From Octopus vulgaris (taxonomy: Eukaryota): DNA of 64,000 bases. The position numbers and the translations under genes were made by a program. Positions 38,192 through 51,201 of the stretch are shown here, piece by piece. The number at the start of each line of letters is the position of its first letter. Position 1 is the stretch's first letter. Below the pieces are notes generated by a model. It saw only the letters and a program-made list of their open reading frames with translations, was not told the DNA's origin and did no database searches. The stretch covers positions 24,304,001 through 24,368,000 of the forward strand of contig OX597836.1 in NCBI GenBank assembly GCA_951406725.2, given 5' to 3'.

Positions 38192-40194
38192 TGCTCTTGG
38201 GTCTAAACAAGAATAATGACTCTTACAGAATTCAGCCGATAAATGCTGCTGTATGCTGATGCCTGCTGAATTGATTTTAAAAAATGATCTTGTGTCGAGA
38301 GAACGGCGAGGAACGAAACATTGAAATACATATTCATTCTTAATACGTTTACATTTCGGTTATAGCTACTTGCATGTATTGAAGTGCGAAATTATATTCG
38401 CAATTTGTGACAATACCAGTTTTCTGTGTATTTATTAAAGCATAAACGCCATTTCATAACTTTGGTAGTATAATTGTCGCCATTTTCTCTGTGTGTGCGT
38501 GCGTGCTTGCGTGCGTGCGTGCGTGCGTGCGTATGTATGTATAGTTTTTAAATTTGTGTTTTTGTTTTCGATCGGGGCCGAGATCATTGCAAATATGACT
38601 GTGAATAGCTCAACATTCCCTAATAACGATGACTACGACGACGACGATGATGATGATGGCAATAACCCAAATGCGTTTACGTTAAAACAAGGCCATTGCA
38701 AAGAAACCGTTTATAGAAAAATGAATTACTTTTATAAAAAGAAAACAATGAAATTTTGCAAAAATATAAAATCAGCCAAATTTTAATCTCTGCGTGATAA
38801 CGTTTGGAATGTCGTAAAAGTAACGCAATCAGGAATTTTTCTGTTTTATGGTTTGCGGGTAATAAAATAACACAGCTATATTAGCTGTAGACTTATCATA
38901 AAATTTTATATACACATTCCTGAAAATATAAAACAATTTTATATTTCTTATATCGGTTTGCAACCGAGCTTTTCATGAGAGAGCTACACGAAAGAATAAC
39001 GACTTGTACAATGATAGTAATGATGACTTCTCAAATGAAACGTATTTAAGGATAACAGAATCGATTGAAAGAAGCCTGTGTATAACCTGTCCTTTGTTTA
39101 TTAACCCCAGAGGAAAGAAAGGCGATGTTGATACCAGTAAGATTTGAAATCAGGGTGTAAACAATCGCACGTAGATATCTCGGAGTGTTAATTCAGAACG
39201 CCACACAACTTTTTATCCTCCTCCTGACAGTTTCTGCTCTTCTCAGACTCCATTTCCTTATCTATACTGCAAGACGATGGCCTTGGTCCTGCTGCTGCCA
39301 GCTGAAAAGACCTCCTCTTGGTTTTTTTGGTCGCTGATGGCATCTGGTGCCAATGCTACTGAGATTTCGTTTACTTCTATTCTGGCTATGCTCCAGTTGC
39401 CATATGCGACTGGTGTGACTCTAAAAACTGTTGTAGCAGTTGCCTTAGTCTTCACTTGTTTGCGTTGCTGTTGATGGTGCTGCTGCCTCAGTTACTGTAG
39501 GGTGGTTCTCTTTTCCCTTTCGTGTTTCTTACTTTTCTATGCAGAAGGCATTCAAGAGACCTTTAATATCACATGTAAAGTATCTAAACTTTTTATCACG
39601 CAGCACTTACCTGAGTGAAATTCTCTTTACTCCTCCAATGAGACACACTTACAAGATAGTCAAGTGAAAATCAAGGATCCTCATAATCTAGAGGTCCGAG
39701 AGACCCCACACGTCTATATACTGCGAGTCATGTCTATGCTAACCAAATGTTTGTAGTGTTGTGCTATAGAGGTGATAAGCCAAGAGTAACCATTCATAAC
39801 TATATTTCAGGCGGTAGCCTTCATTTTCCTGAAATTCATTTACTGAGATGCCAGCCCGTGAGCAGCCGAGTCACACATCGATTCTACATCTCTCCCATTT
39901 TATTCTTAGTCTTTAAGATCCGGTACAAACTTCCTTATATCTTTTTACCATCTCGAACCGTGCTTCCTTTATCGTGTATCACCACGCATCTACTCACAAA
40001 CCTATGTCGGTCTTGAGGTCAATGTGCACTTATTGAGTTCCGTCTTGATATTTGGTGGTGAAGAAAACTAATGAGTTCGAATTGTATCAGCCCAATAGAG
40101 GGCGTTCTCGGCTGACTGCCATGTCGTAACACCTTTGTGTCTTCAGCGAGAATGTTTTTTCTCTACAACCGAAGTGAGAAGCCATTATAGGTTT

Positions 40195-40500
40195 AAATAT
40201 CTCTTAACCACACTTAAACTTCTTCTATTGATGAATGCAATAATAAATCCTAAGTTTGGCATTACTGAGTATGAGAATTTCGTTGACGACTCGTTACAAA
40301 TGGAATAGTACTTATGATTCTTAGGAAAATTATCCCTCAAAATCTTAGAAAATAACCTGGGTAAATCCCTAATCCTAAAAGAAAAAGGTATTCTAGAACC
40401 TGAAGTTTTGGTTATTCTTGATTTCTCAAGGTTAATTTTATCGATTTTATAATTACTATTATTAATACTGTTGAATTTCCTATATCTATTCCCCAAATTT
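40195..40500 (-). pseudogene. Penelope-like element ORF remnant (Naiad-like region downstream of RT)
   Basis: IPFSFRIRDLPRLFSKILRDNFPKNHKYYSICNESSTKFSYSVMPNLGFIIAFINRRSL matches the recalled PPFS..FxxLIxxHFPxxHKxxKIFNxNTxKxSYSxMPNxxxII..N motif. Confidence 0.65.
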
Positions 40501-40673
40501 AAAAATGAATTCCTAACCAATGGTTTGCATTGTTTGTTATCAGTTGGTATAAAACGTTTCTCGAGACTTTCCAAACTTGGGTCAAGTGGTAGACCAGCCA
40601 ATTTATTCTGTCTATAGTTCTCGATGTACATTGTATGCGCAGTAAAACAAAAGAACGAGTAGAGACACTCAGT

Positions 40674-40732
<59 letters not shown>

Positions 40733-41737
40733 TTGTGGTGTGTGTGCGTGCGCGCATACACGGCTGTTCAGACCCATATCTACACACTTAGATATGGGTC
40801 TGAATGTGTCTGTGTAAATATACGGTTGTGAATTATTGCTTACCCATTTTCAATATTGAGTGGAATTCTACGTCAAGAGGCTGGAATTATGATCATCCAA
40901 TGCGTCCTTTCTTTCGAACACTCAAATGAGGCAATTTTGAAGTTCATTTGGCTGCTATTTCTGGCATTTGAAGCAAATTGACGGACAAAATAGTATTTCC
41001 ATTGAAGTTTTATGTTACAAGTTATGATGAAGGCGCTCAATAGATACTGGATCAACTGTAACAAGCAGATCAAGTTGATGTCTCATCTTTGCACCTTCAT
41101 GTGCTTGCGTTTTCATGTTAGTGATTCAGCTACTGCTACTACTAGTACTACTGCTAGTGCTACTACTACTACATTTAAATATTGTATTTAAAACGCTGTT
41201 GGGGAAAATATAGAAAGAATTTTTGTTCTGCTTCTTTACAGAGTTACCTATTAAGTTTCATATTCAGGATTCGTTAGAATACATACAAAAGACATACAAG
41301 GACAGAATTCGCTTAAATTACTTATATTTGGCCGTGTACCACCTATCTTTAAAATTAACCTTCCTGTCATTTAACGCACCCTGTTAAAAGTATTTTTTTT
41401 CTTCCATTTACTTTGCATATTATTGCATATTATCAAATCTATCAAGTGAGAAAATCTAATGACTGCATAAAACAATAACAATCACCTCTACCTTCATTAC
41501 GGAATTGATCGTCCAAATTAAAGCATTTAAAATTGAAAGACTTACATCATTGTTTCCTTCACGAATTCCTTGCTTTCTGGTAACAACAATCCATGTGATA
41601 ATCCGTGAGAAGGTAATTTCCAAGAAGAACCGTTGCTGACCAAATCGAAAACATGTTGATTCATACCCAGTCAATGGCTTACTTTATCTAACTGTAAGTA
41701 AATACCATCAGTCGGCTGTTGCTGGAATTATGTTTTA

Positions 41738-42100
41738 GATCCGGGTCAGTCCTGATGGGACATAGCTATGATAAAAAAAATATTGCAACCGTGACCACAC
41801 CATCCTTTCTTATGTACACAGTGCGTCGAGTTTGCCCTTTTAAGGCAGTAAAGTTGTAATCTGAGGGAGAGCCTGGCGCCGATTTTAGTTGGTCAAGCAA
41901 CCGCTTGGAGTCATCTTTGTTGATTTCATCCTCTGTAAGGTATTAGTCATCGGTGTTAGCCGCTGTACTTCTGGTTGCTTCATGAGGACTTCGCAAACTC
42001 GCAAAGCTAAGTTCAATTCTCGCTCGGGCGTGAGTAGCGAACCTATGATAAAAAATATTCTCGCCAGCCACCTCAGTTACTGGGACGGTTCCTATTTCTA
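41738..42100 (+). repeat. Old interspersed repeat fragments (related pieces near 24050-24110, 45135-45195, 58825-59000)
   Basis: Shared degenerate motifs ctatgataaaaa..cc(a/g)tgacca and gagggaga..gct.tttctagc or their reverse complements. Confidence 0.4.
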
Positions 42101-42574
42101 ATGTTGTTAGTTCGTTATTCAGATTAGACTCGGCAGATTTTATACAATTAATATGGAGGTTAATGACTATACTTGTTAATGACTATGGTACTTAATGACA
42201 AACATTTCAAATTTTGTTCCATATATTCATCCTTCGCCTCTTTGCCTTTCTCTCACTCCCCCCCACCACTGTTTCTCTCAATTTCAATTAATATTTCCTC
42301 ATTTCCAATCTAAATATCTCACACGGTTTCCTTAACATACCAACACTTACGCCTCTATCCATTTCTTAAACACGCCATTTTCTAAACCTATTTTTCTTTA
42401 CTCTTTCTCCCTCTTCCTTTCTCTAATCTTTATTCAATTTTTATGCCATTTATATTTCTATCTCATCAACTTAATCTTTATTTTTAGTGTAAGACTGCAA
42501 TTAATTTACAGTCTGTTGCTACTACAAGTGGTAATAGTGAGAGTGGTAGCAACAGTTTTTTCTAATGGTTTCAA

Positions 42575-42762
42575 AGATTGACACAAGGACAGCGGTTTTA
42601 GGGAGAGGGAGACAGTCGATTAGATGGAACCCGGTACTTAACTGCTACTTTTTCTTCTCGACCCAGAAAGAATGAAAGGCAGCAATTGAACACAAAGCGA
42701 TCGAAGAAATGCTGCTAAGTGTTTTCTCTGACACGCTGACAATTCGGCCAGCTCGTCGCCTT
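42575..42762 (-). mobile_element. Diverged SINE family B
   Basis: agtcgatta..tcgacccagaaagaatgaaaggc..tgctaag..gccagctcgtcgcctt. Confidence 0.7.
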
Positions 42763-43582
42763 AGTATTGGATAATAAGTATAATAAAAATAATATTATAA
42801 TTTCTTTATAAGCCACAAGGGCTCTAAGTAAAGTAGGAAGTAGGACTTTACAAAGGACAAGATAGTAACTTAGTAGAAGTATTGTATATAAGATGTGTAA
42901 GGAGGTAATGAGATGTGGCTACTTGAAGAGAAACATAAAACCTGGATTGTAATCTTGACCATGAAAACTATATAGACTGCTTCTCGGACAGCCATCTGTT
43001 GCTTCCCTTTTCCGAAACTCCTCTCTCCACCCGCTTGGAAAAACCCTTTCACATAAGTCCCTATATACTCTGAAGCCACATCTAAGCGGTATTAGTAGAA
43101 AATTTTGTTAAAAAGTATCCATTTTTCTGGATGTTATTAGGCAACAAATTAGAGGGCGGGTACATCTGTAGTAATGCCCTTTTATTTATACGATATTTTC
43201 ATTTCATGTTTATTTCATTCATTGCTTGCAATGTTCTCTCTTGCCCCTCTCTTTCACACACACCCTGTAAAGCTTACAGAGGAGCTGCTGAATTGATATC
43301 TCTATGTTGCTTTGAGGGGAAGGTAAAACTTGATAAACTGCTTTTCCCTCTGTTGTTGGACTACAGTGATGTTTGTTTAAAAAAGAGAGATTGTGACTTT
43401 GATAAAAAAAAAATGAAAGCAATATTTACTCAGCAAATGAGCATTATCATACAAAGAAATAATTAGACGTAAAATATAAAAAATTATTGGAAATTGGAAT
43501 CAAATGTGAAAATATTATCAAGTGGCAAGCAGAAAACAGCTAGGAGGATGGTCTTTCTGCTAGTAACAACAACAGCAAGAAG

Positions 43583-43613
<31 letters not shown>

Positions 43614-44297
43614 GGATCTGTTATATAATTGTGATGTATTATGTAGTCCGAATTTTTTTTCAACAATCAATGGATAACCGAGCTGGAAATTGAAAACGTC
43701 GGCTTACATCCAACTTGAAGAAATATGATACACAACAGATAAAACAAGAGAAAAGTATGTCATTATAGCATGGGATCGGAAAGCTCAGACGACTTGGTAT
43801 TGAGCGAACAAAACGGAATCAATAATATGGTATATTTTCACAGAAATATTCCACAAGACTTAATATATGCTTTATGTTTTCTGCCATTAAATAGGTCTTG
43901 TTTTTCAGTTTTTTCAGTTTTTTCAGTTTTTTTTTTTTTTGTCCTCTATCATTATCCGTTCTTGTTTTTGGGCGAGTTTCTCAGGATCTTGCAATATCAA
44001 CAATTAAGCACCCAACGAAAAATTACCTTTTTATAGCTTTTCCCAAAGCTTTTTGCCTAAAGTAACTTCTAAAAACTTTATTCTTATAATTTACAAGGTC
44101 AGTTGTTGAAAGGTTTGGATAATGAGGCTGGAGATGCTGATGCATATCGAAAGTAAAGCTATGTATGTTATGAACTAAATTGAGGATATGGAAATACAAA
44201 ACTAAACATAGGAGATATCTTCTTGAACACTGTAAATATTAATAAAACTGTCCTTTCTACCTCGATCATCTTCCATAGGCTCTCAGGATAAGTGTAT

Positions 44298-44528
44298 TAC
44301 TCTACTCTCTTTTTACTCTCTTTTACTTGTTTCAGTCATTTGACTGCGGCCATGCTGGAGCACCGCCTTTAATCGAGCAACTCGACACCGGGATTTATTC
44401 ATTTTGTAAGCCCAGTACTTATTCTATCGGTCTCTTATGCCGAACCGCTAAGTAACGGGGACATAAACATACCAGCATCGGTTGTCAAGCAATGCTAGGG
44501 AGACAAACACAGACACACAAACGCATAC

Positions 44529-44559
<31 letters not shown>

Positions 44560-44725
44560 TACGACAGGCTTCTTTCAGTTTCCGTCTACCAAATCCACTC
44601 ACAAGGCATTGGTCGGCCCGGGGCTATAGCAGAAGACACTTGCCCAAGATGCCACGCGGTGGGACTGAACCCAGAACCATGTGGTTGGTTAGCAAGCTAC
44701 TTACCACACAGCCACTCCAGCGCCT
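44298..44725 (-). mobile_element. SINE family A, full length
   Basis: Reverse complement of the 49129-49553 copy, with tactct-repeat tail. Confidence 0.92.
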
Positions 44726-45849
44726 ATCTTGACATTTCCTGCTAAAGTCATTCAATATTGCCTAAGTCAACACTGTTCTTATTCTTTTCTTAAAAGCTGC
44801 TCTTCCGTCTTTACTCAGTAACACTTTCTCTCCATTGTTCTTCCGATGTCATCCCTGATGCAGGCTAAGCTTCTTTCCAATTTTCTATTAAGTTATATCT
44901 TCCATGCACCTGCCTACCAAAACCACCGAACATCCTGTTAATGACATCATTTAGATAATAAATATTTAAAGTTTTTATTACATTTAATCCGTTCAGAGTA
45001 TCAATTGGGACGATAGTAAACAGTAATAATGACATTACAGCTCAGCTAACAAAAAAATACTGTTTAAGATCAACTCTTCATCTTAAAATTGTACATGCTT
45101 TACGTGTCATTGAGGATGCCTTTACGTATTCAACAAATCTGCTTCAAATAGCAACCAAATCTCCCTCAACCCACATCCTACTGTCTTAAACAAAAGGCAA
45201 CAAATATAATATAATGTAACTCTACTGTTTCATTCTCTGTTAACAGAAGATTTAAAACAAATCTGAATTATTTCAGCTTCTACACAACTAGGTTTTATTA
45301 AATAGTTAAAACAATATTAGACATTTCCCCACCTCATAAATATTTCTGGTTAATTTTTAAATACTCGCTGTATTACATATGTTAATACTGACATAAATGA
45401 AGGCGAGGTGCAGATATACATTTTCAAAAATATACTAAGCACTCTTTCTATATTAACATATAACTTTATATAAATAACATTTTTATCATTGTTCCACTGA
45501 ATCAGGGCTACCTGGAGCTAACATCGACATCCACAACAATAATGCACGCTCTGTAACAAGTAATCCCACGAAATTCTCATATTTCCATAAATGTTTGATA
45601 TCCTCCATCACATATAGAATTCGTCAGCATAGTTGTTGTTGTTGTTGAAGTTGAAAGAATTTGAAACATAGGTGTCCAGACTCTTTATGCCTCAATCTAA
45701 ACATCTTTGTCTCCATTCCTCCAGACTTGTTTCTCCAGTATATACCCCAACACAGCATTTGATGTTAAGGAGGTCATTAATGCAGCTGCCATTTTATATG
45801 TGTGTATGTGGTATTTTTTTTATATGTTTATCTAGATTGAGAAAGAGTT

Positions 45850-46915
45850 CTTAGGACGTTGTGAGTTTGCTTATAGTGATTTACATGAAGTGGTGACAGG
45901 GACTTTGATCACCGGAGTCTGCTACAATAACAAAATATGCTCTTCACATGTAGAAAAGGTTTTTACTTTTGAATATTTCGTTTGCAACAATCTGTGATGA
46001 TACGAAACTTGTTGTTTTGTGTTTTTGGAGTTTGTAATACTTGTCTTAAAGAATTTAGAGACACAAGCATAATCCATGATGGGTCAAATATGTTGTTTCA
46101 TTGCCTTACCTAAATATCCTCTCCCTAAGCACTATGACATGTAAGTTTCCGTAGAGAGTTGCATTCTGTACTATGTCTTATACATATATACCGGGAATGG
46201 TGTTGATGTTTTGTATATAGAATTCCTATTATGTTTGTCTTTTATATATGCGGCATGTTTATGTAGTTGAGTGTTGTAGTCGGCAATAGTACTAGTTCTC
46301 GGCTATTGCTAATAAGAGGGAAGACAGTGGATTTGGCACGTGCTACTTCAAGTTTTTTTTCCTTTTTGTCATTGATGTACGGTTGGGTAAAGTTGTGCGG
46401 TTGCAGATACAGGCGCATAAGGAATATGAATATGATTGTGGTTACATTTGTGTATGAGCGTGTGGGAAAATCGTGTAGACGCAAGTTAAGAGGTGTGGAG
46501 GAGAAGAGGATCTTTGCGGCACGCTATCTGGAAAATTGTTTATTCTGGGAATGTTGATGTATACATCTTAAACTTGGCAACTTGACAGATTGTTTGCTAG
46601 TCAGAGTTGTGTGTTGTTTCTTAATGGGGTGTGAAGCATTTTAGGCATAAAAGAGTAACAGGGAATGGAATTGATGTTTTTGCTCATGTTGATGGTAGCT
46701 AGAATAGTGCGAGTGGAGTGTTTCTTCTTGTTGAAGCCATCATGTAATTTAATTTCAGGGTTGTAAGTAGTAAGATCATGTAGTGTAGTGCCCCAAGCTC
46801 CTTCAATATCATTGTTAGAGTGTTGATATGCATCGAGACCGATAAATAAAGTTTCAAATCCAGAATGGTGGAATAGCAGAACATCGATTCGGATGAGTTG
46901 CAATATTTGTTTCAT
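45850..46915 (-). pseudogene. Decayed I/Jockey-group LINE reverse transcriptase remnant
   Basis: GFNKKKHSTRTILATINMSK resembles GFNxKKPxxRTxxxxIDxSKAFD. DSVPQRSSSPP resembles GVPQGSxLSP. Later PIMDYA and RIITDC-like segments. Many stops and frameshifts. Confidence 0.55.
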
Positions 46916-47545
46916 TTCTTTGCCCTCAGAGTTTAAATTCGATCATGGCCCACCTTACCTTATTTAACATCGTGACTACTTTAGTTGAGTTCATTCTGTT
47001 TAAGCATTCTAGCCTAGTCACTGATCTAGGACCACCTATCTCCTTACCACCAGCATCGGATTGCCTGAAACGGGTTTTCCTCACTGCTTTTCTACTCAAC
47101 TAAAAGATAAAAATGGTGCAATCAGAGCTATATTTACTTTCCTTCTCGTTTTCAGATTTCAGAATTTTTTGAAGGACAACTAAGTAAACCAAGTAAACCC
47201 GCACCTTCCTTAATCTCTGAGTCAGTTTTGCCACAAAACAAAGTCATAATACTTTTGATTAATTCAGCAAACAATCGACAAGCTTTACATTAGCGAATGA
47301 TAATTTTTTTCGAATATAGACACAAAACTCGTAGTTTTAGGGGAAGAAGTTAGTTGATTATCTGCAGTAGGAGGATAAGAGGCAATATAGAGGAGGATAG
47401 GAGGCAATATAGACCTCGTTGGGATTTGAAATCAGAGCATAAAATGCCGAAAGAAATTACACTTGGAATTTCTTCGAACATTCTAACGATTCGGCCAATC
47501 TAATATCTTTCATAATGATGATGATGATGATGATGATAAGAATAA

Positions 47546-47972
47546 CAATCCTTTCTACTGTAGGCACAAAATCTAAAATTTAAGGGAAAGGGTCGAAGTC
47601 GATTACATCGACTCCAGTGCTGAACCGGTAATCATTTTATCGACCCCTAAAGGATGAAAGGCAAAGTTGACCTCGGTGGAATTTGAACTCAAAACTTAAA
47701 GACAAGCGAAATGCTGCTAAGCATTTTACCCGACGTGAAAACCATTTTTTTTTTCCAACTTTAGCATTAAGCCAACAATATTAGGTAGTGGGGGTGGGGT
47801 GGAGGGTTAGTAGATTATATCAACTCTAGTACTTGAGTGGTACTTTACTTTATCGACCCCGAAAGGATAAGTTGAAACCGGTGGGATTTGAAATGAGAAC
47901 GTCAAGAACCAAATAAATCCCGAGTGGTATTTTTTAGCGATTGGCCAACGACTGTGCCAGCTCACCAACCTT
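47546..47972 (-). mobile_element. Two adjacent diverged SINE family B copies (a third, older one at about 47310-47480)
   Basis: agtcgattacatcgac..tatcgacccc(t/g)aaaggat repeated at about 47597-47660 and 47808-47870. Confidence 0.75.
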
Positions 47973-48246
47973 AAATGCCGAATGATAAAATAACTAGCAA
48001 CAAAATAGAAAAAAAAGAAAACTTTTACTGTTCGTCACCGTGTAACATCTTATTTTATTAGTTTGCATAAAGAAAACACTAAGTTATATTACGGTAAAAG
48101 CTAAAACATTTTGACAAATGACGAGTTTAATAGAGAGAACTAAAACAGTTTTTAAACAACTTGTCCTATTTCCTATTTACAAGACATTTTACAGATTTAT
48201 ATCACGGCCTTCTTTACTATTTAACTTTACGATCATGCGTGCGTGC

Positions 48247-48299
<53 letters not shown>

Positions 48300-48557
48300 T
48301 GTCTGTCTGTGTGTGTGTGTGTGCTGTTTCTTGTTCACTTTTCGCTTCAACTTGTACGAATATTTTACTAAGAACGTACGTTTCCCAGTCTTTCCGGCAG
48401 CAGCATTGTTTCAACGTCGCTTTCAAAGACTCGCTTTGATCTGTAGATAAGTTCCAGATGTTTACTCTCCTTCTTCGTAGAATTTCACTTTATAGACACA
48501 CATCATCCGAAGGAGAACCATCAGGGGTTCTTTCTTCGTCTAACGTGACTTAAACCT

Positions 48558-48641
<84 letters not shown>

Positions 48642-48937
48642 CCCCCCACACAAACACACACACGTAAAGAAACGCATGCACACGTACACAATCCACACAT
48701 GTACATCCACACATGTACATATTTAATAAACACGCACGAATACAGGCCTACATATACACTATATCTACATACATACACACACATACACACACACATATTT
48801 ATATATACATGCAGAGGTATACATATACATGTATATATGTGCTTATAGTGTGTGTATGTGTATGTTTATGGATATAGATGTATGTAAGTGCGCATGTGTG
48901 CGTGTGATTGAGTGCAAGTGTGTGTGTGTGTACATAC

Positions 48938-48977
<40 letters not shown>

Positions 48978-49012
48978 CAGTTTAAATAATGTGTGTCACA
49001 TTGAAAATAATT

Positions 49013-49102
49013 CAAGACGCATAGCTAAGAATGCATGTATATTCTAAATATTTGGAATCGATGAATAAATGCACTTGTTCTTTATAAAAATATCGGCAAC
49101 CA
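49013..49102 (+). repeat. TA-anchored repeat with an inverted copy at 51198-51288
   Basis: caagacgcatagctaagaatgcatgtatattctaaatatttggaatcgatga..tttataaaaatatcggcaacca(TA)n matches the reverse complement of 51198-51288. Confidence 0.8.
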
Positions 49103-49128
49103 TATATATATATATATATATATATATA

Positions 49129-49553
49129 GGCGCAGGAGTGGCTGTGTGGTAAGTAGCTTGCTTACGAACCACATGGTTCCGGGTTCAATCCCACTGCGAG
49201 GCACCTTGGGTAAGTGTCTTCTACTATAGCATCGGGCCGACCAAAGCCTTGTGAGTGGATTTGGTAGACGGAAACTGAAAGAAGCCCGTCGTATATATGT
49301 TTATATATGTATATATGTATGTGTGTGTATATGTTTGTGCGTCTGTGTTTGTCTCCCCAACATCGCTTGATAACCGATGCTGGTGCGTTTACGTCTCCGT
49401 AACTTAGCGGTTCGGCAAAAGAGACCGATAGAATAAGTGCTGGACTTACAAAGAATAAGTTCCGGGGTCGATTTGCTCGACTAAAGGCGGTGCTCCAGCA
49501 TGGCTACAGTCAAATGACTGGAACAAGTAAAAGAGTAAAAGAGTAAAGAGAGT
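49129..49553 (+). mobile_element. SINE family A, full length
   Basis: A and B boxes, CORE-like segment, internal microsatellite, (aaaagagt)n tail. Inserted in (TA)n. Confidence 0.93.
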
Positions 49554-49590
49554 ATATATGTATGTATATATATATATGTATGTATATATG

Positions 49591-49639
<49 letters not shown>

Positions 49640-49647
49640 TATATATA

Positions 49648-49718
49648 ACCAGTTTAGCTTAATGGTAATGCCCTTGGCCGGAGTCTACAAGAAATGTGGG
49701 TTCGAATCTCCTGGCTTA
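49648..49718 (+). pseudogene. tRNA-like head (SINE head or tRNA pseudogene)
   Basis: tagcttaatggtaa (A box) and gggttcgaatctc (B box). Cloverleaf stems do not pair well. Confidence 0.4.
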
Positions 49719-49914
49719 ACAAACTTAACAAACTACCCTTCCTAATGGTAATTTACCCAATGCTTCTGCTGTTCTAATGGCGTCTCTGCGTTCGAAAATA
49801 AATTATCATCTTATTTATATCTTACAGTACATATTTCGGCATTCATATAAAAAAACAAATGTTAGTGTGTGTGTCCGTCTAGACTTTAGCAGCAAGTATG
49901 ATAGTGCAACTAAT

Positions 49915-50101
49915 ATTTTGGGAGGAGGAGGCCAGTCGATTAGATCGGCCCTTTCCCCCCAGTACACAACTGGTACTAATTTATCGACCCCGGAAGGATA
50001 AAAGGCAAAGCCGACCTCGGCGGAATTTGAACTCACAACGTAACGACATACCGCTAAGCATTTCGCCCGGCGTGCTAACGATTCTGCCAGCTCGCCGCCT
50101 T
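49915..50101 (-). mobile_element. SINE family B
   Basis: ttatcgaccccggaaggataaaaggcaaagccgacctcggcggaatttgaactc..gccagctcgccgcctt. Confidence 0.85.
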
Positions 50102-50525
50102 TGAGTGTTATCACAAGTGTCGGTTGGATATGTTTCTGGCAAAAATGTGGTTCGCCATACTGTTACAAGAAGGAAAAAATCGTCACAATTATGATGGGAC
50201 CATGTCGTTAATATTTCATATTTGCCGTGTAATCCAACTCAACACTGGGCTATTATTATACAATATTCTTTCTCTTTATAGCGGGAAGCTGTATAACCTA
50301 CATTTTGAAAAGCTTCCACCTGTTTATTTTGTCTATATTCTACAGAGCCGAGAATTATTGACCTGATGCAAGTAACGCAGAAAATGTCTACTCATAGAAC
50401 AAACAAAGATAAAAATCTAATCCCCGTTTGGAGCATTTTCATTTATCTTACACCAATAATATATTTAAGAAACGTAATGTTATAATACCTTATGTTCCCT
50501 ACCTGCTAAAATGCATTGAATTTAT

Positions 50526-50606
50526 TACCCAAAGTGTCACGCAGTGGGACTGAACCCGGAACTATGTGGTTCGTAAGCAAGCTACTTACCACACAGCCAC
50601 TCCTTC
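50526..50606 (-). mobile_element. SINE family A head fragment
   Basis: cacgcagtgggactgaacccggaac..gctacttaccacacagccactcct. Confidence 0.8.
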
Positions 50607-50897
50607 GCGGCGAAGTCATTTGACCCTGTTATCTCCCCTATTTTCGCTCTTGCGTCTCACGTTTGATCTCTGACTTCTGGCCAGAATCGCCATGTTGAAT
50701 CGCTAGCTTCTGCACGCATTTTTTTCTCTCCTTGTTTCTCTCCGTGTTTCTTTTCTGTGTATCTTTCTGTTGAAGAGCGTAGGCTCGAAACGTAAAAGAC
50801 TTGTTTTATTTCTATTCCTGAGCGCCATATTAATACAATTGTTTGTTTGTACTCCACCTGCCGTCGTCTCTTGTTTATTTTCATAAAGCTTCCCGTT
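50607..50897 (+). mobile_element. Hammerhead-bearing Penelope-like mini-element ending in (TA)n
   Basis: Contains the hammerhead at 50762-50799. Its 3' end recurs in reverse at 56716-56765. Related in layout to 57600-57787. Confidence 0.7.
50762..50799 (+). ncRNA. Minimal type-I hammerhead motif (CUGUUGA core variant)
   Basis: TCTTT-CTGTTGA-a-GAGC(gtag)GCTC-GAAAC-GTA-AAAGA. 5-bp stem I, 4-bp stem II, loopless palindromic ACGT stem III, GUA triplet. Confidence 0.7.
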
Positions 50898-51139
50898 ATA
50901 TATATATATATATACAATTAAGGGCTCGTTATATATATATATATATACAATTAAGGGATTTTCACTCTCGATAAGTTCATCCCCTTTTTGTGTTCCCAGC
51001 ACTCGGCATCTTAATTTAGGAGCCCTTAATTGTATAACTACATGAATAATATTTTTCTATATGAATAATATTTTTGTCTTATGACTAATTCGTCTTTTGT
51101 GCTGGGCACCTGGTAGTAAATAATATTACTACCCTTCTT

Positions 51140-51201
<62 letters not shown>

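Noticed and set aside
39258-39474. 65-aa ORFs of ordinary composition on both strands
   Set aside because: No recognisable motif or splice signals, and compatible with decayed repeat sequence.
49648-49718. Functional tRNA gene (also the tRNA-like heads at about 7000-7075 and 61349-61425)
   Set aside because: A and B boxes are present but the cloverleaf stems are broken, and the latter two continue into SINE bodies.
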